Shown here piece after piece: positions 27,470-33,905 of a stretch of DNA of 40,000 nt (the stretch's first letter is position 1; every line of letters begins with the position of its first letter). Source of the stretch: Arsenophonus apicola (lineage in GTDB: Bacteria > Pseudomonadota > Gammaproteobacteria > Enterobacterales > Enterobacteriaceae); NCBI RefSeq assembly GCF_020268605.1, contig NZ_CP084222.1:2464856-2504855 (forward strand), in the 5' to 3' direction. The notes under the pieces are model-generated. The model saw only the letters and a list, made by a program, of their open reading frames with translations, was not told the DNA's origin and did not search any database. The translations under genes were made by a program, and so were the position numbers.

Positions 27470-27826
27470 TTAAAGTTGGATATGATGTTTGCAGGCTCCA
27501 TTGTTTTTTAACTCTGGAGCTTCTTTTTTTGGCAATCTCAAATGTTCCAGCATATCTATCAGCTTGCGTATCTCTTCACCTGAGATATTTGTTATGACTA
27601 AATCCTGCTTCGGTGAATCGTACCCTATGCAATCAAGCAGTCTTGCCATCTTAGGAATTATTCCATCCTCTGACTGCCATCTCGTGATTTGAGAAGGATT
27701 TATGCCAATAGCGTGAGCAATTCTTATTGCTGAATGTGCCTGAATGCCATTGCGTATTTTGGCTTCAATATTTTTTGCATTTGATTTGCGTGTAATTGTG
27801 GTTTCCATGTCTATAATTAATTCCAT
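27470..27826 (-). CDS. cII: CII-like transcriptional activator
   Basis: The HTH and following helix (AIGINPSQITRWQSEDGIIPKMARLLDCIG) parallel lambda CII (AVGVDKSQISRWKRDWIPKFSMLLAVLEWG, as I recall it). It is directly downstream of cro and nutR. Confidence 0.65.
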   Translation of the reverse strand: MELIIDMETTITRKSNAKNIEAKIRNGIQAHSAIRIAHAIGINPSQITRWQSEDGIIPKMARLLDCIGYDSPKQDLVITNISGEEIRKLIDMLEHLRLPKKEAPELKNNGACKHHIQL

Positions 27827-27926
27827 AAGTTTCAGATAATAGTATTCCCTCCCGATGGGCTGGGAATTTATAAATCTCCCAATTTCAGGGAGGCCAAGTT
27901 GTTAAAGAGCGGTGTAAATTAGTTCG
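27823..27926 (-). repeat. Copy 1 of a ~100-bp repeat spanning the cro 3' end, nutR and the cII start
   Basis: Near-identical to 31291..31393, with only a handful of substitutions. Confidence 0.8.
27876..27911 (-). promoter_or_regulatory. nutR-like site 1 (boxA CGCTCTTTAAC plus boxB hairpin CTCCC-TGAAATT-GGGAG)
   Basis: Minus strand, directly after the cro stop. boxA matches the consensus. The boxB stem-loop carries a GAAA-containing loop 8 nt downstream. A second hairpin lies at 27844..27867. Confidence 0.6.
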
Positions 27927-28119
27927 ATTTTTGCTTGTTACTATTTGATGGAAAAGGTTTTATTTCTATTGCCTCAATTCCATTCTTAGTGAAATTTAAA
28001 AAAATTTTCCGATGTTGCTTCAATGCTCTGCTAACGGCTCCTTGGGTAATACCAAGTTCCTTAGCAGTTGTTTCTTGTCCATGTCGGTTTACATAATCCT
28101 CAATAGTAATTTTGTTCAT
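27919..28119 (-). CDS. cro: Cro repressor, module 1
   Basis: 66 aa, MNKITIEDYVNRHGQETTAKELGITQGAVSRALKQHRKIFL...IKPFPSN. It is collinear with lambda Cro ([38 protein letters not shown]...VKPFPSN). Confidence 0.85.
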   Translation of the reverse strand: MNKITIEDYVNRHGQETTAKELGITQGAVSRALKQHRKIFLNFTKNGIEAIEIKPFPSNSNKQKSN

Positions 28120-28142
28120 CCGAATCTCCTTTTAGATATATT

Positions 28143-28205
28143 ATTACATTCGGTAATAACGCATGTCAATACCGAATGTATTTCTATAATATGATCAACG
28201 GTAAT
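28143..28205. promoter_or_regulatory. OR1: three operators of type ATTAC-N5-GTAAT with divergent pR1 / pRM1 promoters
   Basis: ATTACATTCGGTAAT lies at 28143..28157, AATACCGAATGTATT at 28168..28182 and the half-conserved ATGATCAACGGTAAT at 28191..28205. Centres are 25 and 23 bp apart. pR1 on the minus strand is TTGACA-17-TAATAA. A plus-strand TATAAT lies at 28185..28190. Confidence 0.6.
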
Positions 28206-28216
28206 AAAATAAGAGC

Positions 28217-28696
28217 ATGAATAAGAAAAAACCTTTGACAAAAGAACAGCTAGATGATGCAAAAAGATTGAAATCAATCTACATGCTAAAAAAAAATGAA
28301 CTTTGCATCACTCAAGAAGATATAGCAGATCAATTAGGTATTGGTCAGGCTGCGGTTAGTCATTATCTAAATGGTGTAAATCCTTTAAATGCAAAAACTG
28401 TAGCTCTATTTGCAAAACTATTAAAAGTAAAACCAAATGAGATCAGCCCATCGATAGCTTTAGAGTTAGAAGAAATAGCAAAATTAATGCTACCAACAGA
28501 TCATAGTTATATGATACCTGATAATTCATATACCAAATTAACAAAAACAGAAGAAAAGCTTTTAGATATGTTCAATGCATTAACAGAAGATGAACAAAGA
28601 AATTATCTAGAAGAAATTGCTGAGACTCGGGCTAATCTTGAACGAATCTATAAAGAAATGAAAGAAAAAGAGAAAAAATCCAAAAGAGCATCGTGA
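28217..28696 (+). CDS. cI: CI-like repressor, module 1: lambda-CI-type N-terminal HTH domain and a short helical C-terminus, with no S24 peptidase domain
   Basis: 159 aa. KKKPLTKEQLDDAKRLKSIYMLKKNELCITQEDIADQLGIGQAAVSHYLNGVNPLNAKTVALFAKLLKVKPNEISPSIA is collinear with lambda CI residues about 4-85. The protein ends after about 70 more residues. Confidence 0.8.
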   Translation: MNKKKPLTKEQLDDAKRLKSIYMLKKNELCITQEDIADQLGIGQAAVSHYLNGVNPLNAKTVALFAKLLKVKPNEISPSIALELEEIAKLMLPTDHSYMIPDNSYTKLTKTEEKLLDMFNALTEDEQRNYLEEIAETRANLERIYKEMKEKEKKSKRAS

Positions 28697-28774
28697 TGCA
28701 TTTTTTAGAAATACAACCATTAAACTTATCTAAACAGGCATGACTATTTAGATTTTTATACAAAAGGACACTCT

Positions 28775-29614
28775 ATGAAGGTTAGTTTTTGGGCTTATTA
28801 TGCAAAAAATGATATCACTGATATAACAAGTAGAATTAATTTAACTCAGGCGATCAATGACAAAATAATAAATAAAAATTCTCATTCGCTTGAGTCTGGT
28901 AGTGACTATATATACTTACATCCTATAAATGCACAAACCTTTTTGTTTACTAAAACAAATGATTCTGAGCTAATAAAAAAAATTAACCAAACAAATAATT
29001 CAATTAACGATATCCGCGAAAGTTTAGCTGATGATGAAATACTAGGGTTTTCTTCTTTTGTTTTTATTGAAAATAGCATTTTAGGTTTTGTATCGACAAA
29101 TTGGAGCCCTAGAACGCGAGAATTTTGTGATTTTATAAAAAGTAAAGAATTGCTACAGCCTAACGAAAGCCTAATAGTTGAGCCTTTAATGCAAGGGATT
29201 ACTAAAGTTGATGCATTAAATATGAATTTTATCGGCAGAACGACTTTGAGGATTGAATCAGAAAACTCATTAACTAACAACATCCTCAGAAGTATTGGAG
29301 CTAAAAATGTAAGTGATGTGCTATTGAATGAAATTGAAATAATCATCAAACCTAAATATCGTAAAAATATTCAAAAATTAACAAAAGAAATTCTAGCAGC
29401 TAGCTATGATAAAATTGATGACATAAAAATTAAAGGCAAAGAATCAGCAGCTGATAAACTCACAGAATATTACTTAGATGGTAAAGGTCACATTGGCGCT
29501 AAAATAATAAAGAAAAGTTCTAACGCTGACATTGCTGAAGAAATTTTAGCTACGTACATTAGACTTAAACCATCTATACTTGAGTCTTTTAGAAAGATAG
29601 AATGTGAATTATAG
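28775..29614 (+). CDS. rexA: RexA homologue (abortive-infection/exclusion)
   Basis: 279 aa, the same length as lambda RexA. It shares blocks I recall from lambda RexA (TFLFTKTND, SLADDE-LGF, EPLM-G-TK, FIGRTT, IKPK, NA-IAEE). It sits directly after cI. Confidence 0.7.
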   Translation: MKVSFWAYYAKNDITDITSRINLTQAINDKIINKNSHSLESGSDYIYLHPINAQTFLFTKTNDSELIKKINQTNNSINDIRESLADDEILGFSSFVFIENSILGFVSTNWSPRTREFCDFIKSKELLQPNESLIVEPLMQGITKVDALNMNFIGRTTLRIESENSLTNNILRSIGAKNVSDVLLNEIEIIIKPKYRKNIQKLTKEILAASYDKIDDIKIKGKESAADKLTEYYLDGKGHIGAKIIKKSSNADIAEEILATYIRLKPSILESFRKIECEL

Positions 29615-29647
29615 CCGTATAAATTATATCATAGTGGGAAATATTTA

Positions 29648-30088
29648 ATGAACAAGTTGATAAAAATAGCATCAGCTATAATTCTATTTTCAATCCCATA
29701 CTTAATTACATTCCCAATTTTTTGTTGGTTTAAATATTCATTAACACCAAATCTATCTTTCTCCCTACACAGGGATGTTCTTGGTGCCACAGTTAGTTCT
29801 TATTCAAGCGCTCTTATTGCGGTACTTATAGTTGGACTCACATTTCTATTAGGGATAAAAAATAATAACTTCATTAAATTGCAGCAATACGGATACATGT
29901 TACCAATAATAACACTCTATGCTCTTACCTTTGTAGAGTTGGGAATATTGTTTTTTGCGGGTATAATTCTAATATCGAATTTTAAAGAATTACCATTACC
30001 ATCAATGGCTGCAATCATGGTTGTAACCTCATTTATGCACTTATGTTTATTGATACTTCAGCTGTATAATTTATCAAATAGAAAATAA
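29648..30088 (+). CDS. rexB: RexB homologue (polytopic membrane protein)
   Basis: 146 aa with four hydrophobic segments. It shares recalled lambda RexB blocks (HRD-LGAT-SSY, LTFL-G, YGYM, YAL-FVELG-LFF, QLYNL). Confidence 0.7.
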   Translation: MNKLIKIASAIILFSIPYLITFPIFCWFKYSLTPNLSFSLHRDVLGATVSSYSSALIAVLIVGLTFLLGIKNNNFIKLQQYGYMLPIITLYALTFVELGILFFAGIILISNFKELPLPSMAAIMVVTSFMHLCLLILQLYNLSNRK

Positions 30089-30108
30089 CCCTCCGCCCGA
30101 GGGTTTTT
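30087..30108 (+). terminator. Rho-independent terminator of the cI-rexA-rexB operon
   Basis: AACCCTC-CGCCC-GAGGGTT followed by a T5 run immediately after the rexB stop. Confidence 0.7.
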
Positions 30109-30281
30109 ATCGCCCTCTCACCACCCTCTACCTCACATACACTCTAATATCAACATAACTAACCCATACCCTAATATTCTCCATAGCTTTACTCTTCTTA
30201 TTTGTTTTAACCATCTCTTTATATCGCTGACAAAAATAATCCTTTTAAAATCATTCAATAAAAATGAAATAATGAATTTAT

Positions 30282-30323
30282 AATATTTTCGGTATTGACT
30301 TTATTTATTACCGAATGTAATAT
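30282..30323 (+). promoter_or_regulatory. OL1/pL1: two module-1 operators overlapping the promoter TTGACT-17-TAATAT
   Basis: AATATTTTCGGTATT lies at 30282..30296 and a perfect ATTACCGAATGTAAT at 30307..30321. The -35 is at 30295..30300 and the -10 at 30318..30323. The operator family is the same as in OR1. Confidence 0.6.
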
Positions 30324-30461
30324 CACCCCATCAACTCACTGCAACAGGCAAACGCCAGACAATACCACGAGTTATCTGAAACTTTGCCAAACGTTGCTAA
30401 GTAGCCAGCCCGAGGCATATGAACATGAAGGCAAGTGTAGTTCATCAGTACCTAAGTCATT

Positions 30462-30500
30462 CGCTCTTTAACATATTGGAATCACCGCTCTGAATAAGCG
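30462..30500 (+). promoter_or_regulatory. nutL-like site 1 (boxA CGCTCTTTAACA plus candidate boxB CGCT-CTGAATA-AGCG)
   Basis: boxA lies at 30462..30473. The weak hairpin at 30486..30500 has a GAA-containing loop. The site is in the pL1 leader upstream of the N-like gene. Confidence 0.45.
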
Positions 30501-30648
30501 TTAGAGCAACCCCACCAAGTGAGTTTTGGGGTGTGTGAATATAACAGAACAGTCAAATCTCGTTTTTACATCAGGGAATAAACAGACTGTGAGTAAAAAC
30601 CGTAAGCATCCCGGCACACACCACTAAAACTTATTTAGGAGAAACAAA

Positions 30649-30963
30649 ATGGCAACCATTATCTTTAAACCTAAAAAAGACAATGCTAAATCCCGTCGCC
30701 TGGCAAAACAAATGGCATTCTGGGATAGAAAACGCGCTGAATACGAAGCGAAACCTAAGCCACGTTCTACAGAGCAAATCCTTGATTCCATATTCAACAA
30801 GCAGGATGACACCGTTAATACCATTGCATCACTCACTCTCAATCTAAAAGACAGAAAGCCTCAGCCTTCATTTGATAACTGTTGTTTACCGAATACTTAT
30901 CTTTATCATACAAATAAGGCATCAAAAAACTTATTGAAAATACTCGCCGCACGTGCAAAATGA
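30649..30963 (+). CDS. N: N-like antiterminator, module 1
   Basis: 104 aa and the first gene after pL1/nutL1. Has a basic N-terminal arginine-rich stretch (KSRRLAKQMAFWDRKRAEYEAK). The C-terminal motif FDNCCLP is shared with the second N-like protein. Confidence 0.55.
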   Translation: MATIIFKPKKDNAKSRRLAKQMAFWDRKRAEYEAKPKPRSTEQILDSIFNKQDDTVNTIASLTLNLKDRKPQPSFDNCCLPNTYLYHTNKASKNLLKILAARAK

Positions 30964-30997
30964 AATTTAAGTCATCGGAAAGCGGACGATAAAATCA

Positions 30998-31252
30998 ATG
31001 AATTACATTGTAAAGTGTCCAATATGTGGAAAAAAGTTCAATGTTAAAAATCCATCAAAACATATCAATGCTTATCACCCTGATGCATCTGAGCAAGATT
31101 TAATAGCAATTAGAGATGCTCGTAGAAGTTTGCTAGGAAAACCGATTAAAACTCATCATAAGACTAAACATTATCTTTTAAAAAACATCACAAAGCATGA
31201 TGGTAAAAAGCCTTTTAGTGGTGGACTTCCATCACTTGGAAAAAAAAGATGA
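30998..31252 (+). CDS. Hypothetical small zinc-finger-like basic protein
   Basis: 84 aa. CPICGKKF...HINAYH is a C2H2-like arrangement. Confidence 0.45.
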   Translation: MNYIVKCPICGKKFNVKNPSKHINAYHPDASEQDLIAIRDARRSLLGKPIKTHHKTKHYLLKNITKHDGKKPFSGGLPSLGKKR

Positions 31253-31290
31253 TTTGATAGTCTTTGCAGCAATCTTATCCTACACTTAAT

Positions 31291-31393
31291 CCATAAGTTT
31301 TAGATAATAATATTCCCTCCCGATGGGCTGGGAATGTAAAATCTCCCAATTTCAGGGAGGCCAGGTTGTTAAAGAGCGGTGTAAATTAGTTCG
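31291..31393 (-). repeat. Copy 2 of the cro-3'end/nutR/cII-start repeat; the cII remnant is reduced to ATG GAT TAA
   Basis: Aligns with 27823..27926. Contains boxA (31368..31378) and boxB (31343..31359). Similarity fades about 10 nt beyond the vestigial cII ATG at 31294. Confidence 0.8.
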
Positions 31394-31589
31394 TTTTTTG
31401 CTTGATATTGCTTGACGGAAAAGGTTTTACTTCCTCAGCTTCAATTTTCCCGTCATCATGGATAAGAACAGTAATTCTTCTTCTCATACGGAGCGCTTTA
31501 CTTATACCACTTTGGTATAAACCTAGCGCTTTAGCTGTTTTTCCTTGTCCATGCAGTTTTACATATTCAAGTAAAGATAATCGTTTCAT
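31386..31589 (-). CDS. cro: Cro repressor, module 2
   Basis: 67 aa, MKRLSLLEYVKLHGQGKTAKALGLYQSGISKALRMRRRITVL...EEVKPFPSS. Its recognition helix (YQSGISKAL) is closer to lambda Cro than that of module 1. Confidence 0.85.
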   Translation of the reverse strand: MKRLSLLEYVKLHGQGKTAKALGLYQSGISKALRMRRRITVLIHDDGKIEAEEVKPFPSSNIKQKTN

Positions 31590-31615
31590 TAAAATCTCCC
31601 TTGGCTTGCTTTTAT

Positions 31616-31679
31616 TATCACTTGAAGAGATTTTATTGTCAACACCGCTAAAGGTTTGAAGTTATTCCTCTAGGTGATA
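31616..31679. promoter_or_regulatory. OR2: three lambda-like 17-bp operators with divergent pR2 / pRM2
   Basis: TATCACTTGAAGAGATT lies at 31616..31632, TCAACACCGCTAAAGGT at 31639..31655 and TATTCCTCTAGGTGATA at 31663..31679. Centres are 23 and 24 bp apart. pR2 on the minus strand is TTGACA-17-GATAAT. A plus-strand TTTGAA-17-TAAAAT ends 7 nt before the cI2 ATG, so the mRNA may be leaderless. Confidence 0.65.
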
Positions 31680-31690
31680 AAATTATTTAC

Positions 31691-32149
31691 ATGAAAAAGA
31701 AACCATTAAATCAAGAACAGCTAGCTGACGCTAAGCGATTAAAAGCGCTATTTAATGCGAAAAAGAAGGAATTAGGTTTATCTCAGGCCGTAGTTGCTGA
31801 TCACCTTGGAATTGTACAAAGTGCAGTAAATTCTTTGCTAAATGGTGTTAATGCACTTAATGCACGCAACGCTGTTGCTCTTGCAAAATTATTAAGGGTG
31901 TCTGTAAATGACTTTAGTCCATCTATTGCAAAAGAAATAGCGATGATGTATCAAACTGTGGATGTAAATGATCCAAACATGAATTTAGTCCATGATTTAT
32001 CGCAACAAGAAAAAAATTTATTGCAAATGTTTAATGAGTTACCACAAAAAGAAAAAGATAAATTTATAAGTCAAATTAATTCGAGAAAAAACGAACTTGA
32101 TCAGCTTTATGAAGAAATGAAAGCCGTTAAAGAAAAGAAAGCTTGTTAA
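31691..32149 (+). CDS. cI: CI-like repressor, module 2: same truncated architecture, different recognition helix
   Basis: 152 aa. [82 protein letters not shown] is very close to the lambda CI N-terminal domain. The C-terminus is homologous to that of module 1 ([16 protein letters not shown]...LYEEMK). Confidence 0.8.
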   Translation: MKKKPLNQEQLADAKRLKALFNAKKKELGLSQAVVADHLGIVQSAVNSLLNGVNALNARNAVALAKLLRVSVNDFSPSIAKEIAMMYQTVDVNDPNMNLVHDLSQQEKNLLQMFNELPQKEKDKFISQINSRKNELDQLYEEMKAVKEKKAC

Positions 32150-32219
32150 TTTTTTATCCCTCCAATTTATATATTTTATTATCTTAAAATCAATAAATTA
32201 GGTTTCTTCTGCATAAATA

Positions 32220-32262
32220 AATCTCTTGCGGTGTTGACTTTTAAATCTTAAAAAGTGATACT
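32220..32262 (+). promoter_or_regulatory. OL2/pL2: two lambda-like operators and the promoter TTGACT-17-GATACT
   Basis: AATCTCTTGCGGTGTTG lies at 32220..32236 and AATCTTAAAAAGTGATA at 32244..32260. The layout mirrors lambda pL (TATCTCTGGCGGTGTTGACA...GGTGATACT, as I recall it). Confidence 0.65.
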
Positions 32263-32395
32263 TATCTCCATCAACTCACTGCAACAGGCAAAAGCCAGAC
32301 AATACTCCGAGTTATCTGAAACTTTGCCAGACGTTGCTAAGTAGCCAGCCTGAGGCGTACGAACATGAAGGCAAGTGACGACAGTTAAGCAATAC

Positions 32396-32428
32396 CGCTC
32401 TTTAACATCCTTTCGCTGAAAAAGCGAA
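32396..32428 (+). promoter_or_regulatory. nutL-like site 2 (boxA CGCTCTTTAACA plus boxB TCGCT-GAAAA-AGCGA)
   Basis: boxB is a 5-bp stem with a GAAAA pentaloop, the same loop as lambda nutR boxB (GCCCT-GAAAA-AGGGC). Confidence 0.65.
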
Positions 32429-32582
32429 CCACAAAACACCCAAACAGTCGGTTTTGGGGTGTGTGAAATAACCAAAATAAAGTCATTCTTCTAATGCCAA
32501 TACCAGGGTAATACCTGCATGATTGTAAATTTGACTGGTTAGCCCTATCACACACCACCAAAACTTATTGTCAGGAGGTAAT

Positions 32583-32924
32583 ATGTGTAACTTTCATGGT
32601 TATGATAATGCTCGTCGTCGTAGAAATGAGCGTAGAAGATCCAGGCAAGCAGCTTATGAATATAACAGAGCACTTAATATGGCACTGAAAGCAGCCTTAA
32701 ATCGAAGCAAGCCCTCTCAGCAACAAACACCAACAAATACTAAACGCCCTATCCTTTCACTAAAAAGAAAAGTGATTAATCGTGTAGAAAAAGCAATATC
32801 AATTCGTCCTACTAAAGTTTATGACGCATTTAATAACTGCTGTTTGCCTATAGCAGCTTTGTATACTTCTAGACGTTTTCACAGTAAACCTAAATCCAAC
32901 TTTGGAGTCACTGCTAACTGTTAA
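32583..32924 (+). CDS. N: N antiterminator, module 2 (lambda N-like)
   Basis: Start at ATG 32583 with AGGAGG 5 nt upstream; the track used an upstream TTG. The arginine-rich motif is NARRRRNERRRSRQAAYEY. The block KRPILSLKRKVINRVEKA parallels lambda N NRPILSLNRKPKSRVESA. Confidence 0.7.
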   Translation: MCNFHGYDNARRRRNERRRSRQAAYEYNRALNMALKAALNRSKPSQQQTPTNTKRPILSLKRKVINRVEKAISIRPTKVYDAFNNCCLPIAALYTSRRFHSKPKSNFGVTANC

Positions 32925-32934
32925 AGGTATAAAA

Positions 32935-33459
32935 ATGATTTTGACGGTCGATAAAAAAGCACTTCTCAGTGCAATGATTTTTCAGGCTAAATGTGATATC
33001 AGATATTATCTAAACGGCATTTGTTTTGCCCCTGAAAAAAAGCTGTATGCTGCTGACGGTTATCGAGTTTTTATTGGTGAGCATGAGACTGAATCGCTAC
33101 ATGAAAGCGTGATAATTTCAATTAAAGGCGCAAAATTTACTCGCTTTGACAAGGCACAGATTGATACCCAATATGGAATTGTGACCTATCTTGATAAAGA
33201 CGGGTTACGCGTTGGTGCAGCAATCTGTGAGGTTATTGAAGGGAAATATCCTGACATTAACAGAGTAATTCCTAAAGAAAGCAAGCCCGTTTCAGAGATT
33301 GGCTTCAATGCCAGCTATCTTGCGGATATCGAGAAAGTAGCAAAAATTTATAACCCGAAATATAAATCAATAAAAATTAAACCTAACGGTAATGACAGTG
33401 CCGCAATTGTCGAGTTAAACAAAAACACATCCGTAATCATCATGCCGATGAAGATCTAA
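32935..33459 (+). CDS. Small protein with DNA polymerase III beta-clamp-like motifs
   Basis: 174 aa from ATG 32935. KYPDINRVIP resembles the DnaN FPDYRRVLP motif and the flanking beta-rich sequence is similar in character. The assignment is tentative. Confidence 0.4.
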   Translation: MILTVDKKALLSAMIFQAKCDIRYYLNGICFAPEKKLYAADGYRVFIGEHETESLHESVIISIKGAKFTRFDKAQIDTQYGIVTYLDKDGLRVGAAICEVIEGKYPDINRVIPKESKPVSEIGFNASYLADIEKVAKIYNPKYKSIKIKPNGNDSAAIVELNKNTSVIIMPMKI

Positions 33460-33545
33460 TTACCGTTTGACATCTTCCTCGCCCTGGACGACAGGATTTT
33501 ACGGCATATATGATAAACCTGAATCACATTTTGGAGTCACCGCTA

Positions 33546-33797
33546 ATGGATGAAAACAAAAAAATAATACAAGTTCAAATTGTTGCTGATGTTAGCGCAA
33601 AATGTAACTATATCGTAGATATGACCGAAGAAGATTATAGAAAATTTGAAAAAATTATTGATTCACAAATGACATCCAGAGAGATGAATAATGCAATTCT
33701 TGATATAGCCTGCAAATATGGAATTTATGACAATATCGACTTCAACGAACCTGAGGACACTGAATTCCATCGGATTGGCGCATCAACAATCTATTAA
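33546..33797 (+). CDS. Hypothetical acidic protein
   Basis: Start placed at ATG 33546 behind the conserved TTTTGGAGTCACCGCTAATG linker. The track ORF starts 12 codons earlier, inside the linker repeat. Confidence 0.45.
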   Translation: MDENKKIIQVQIVADVSAKCNYIVDMTEEDYRKFEKIIDSQMTSREMNNAILDIACKYGIYDNIDFNEPEDTEFHRIGASTIY

Positions 33798-33856
33798 TAT
33801 TTTGGAGTAACATCAAAATTATAAATTTGAGCCATTGTTATTTTAGCTCATTGGTA

Positions 33857-33885
33857 TTGATAAAAATTATTGCATGAGTGATTAT
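33857..33885 (+). promoter_or_regulatory. Candidate promoter of the DUF262/DUF1524 gene
   Basis: TTGATA (33857..33862), 17-nt spacer, GATTAT (33880..33885), about 20 nt upstream of the ATG at 33906. Confidence 0.3.
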
Positions 33886-33905
33886 TAATATTGTCAGGTG
33901 AAAAA

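Noticed and set aside
27313-27501. 62-aa minus-strand track ORF between the cII-like gene and the initiator
   Set aside because: It overlaps the 3' end of the cII-like gene, has no RBS and has an implausible sequence. The alternative 57-aa frame (27224..27397) has GAGG and couples to the initiator start.
30624-30842. Minus-strand ORFs lying over the N-like genes and nutL leaders (30624..30842 and 32248..32475)
   Set aside because: They are antisense to conserved leader/N sequence with no translation signals. The conservation is explained by the nutL/N leader itself.
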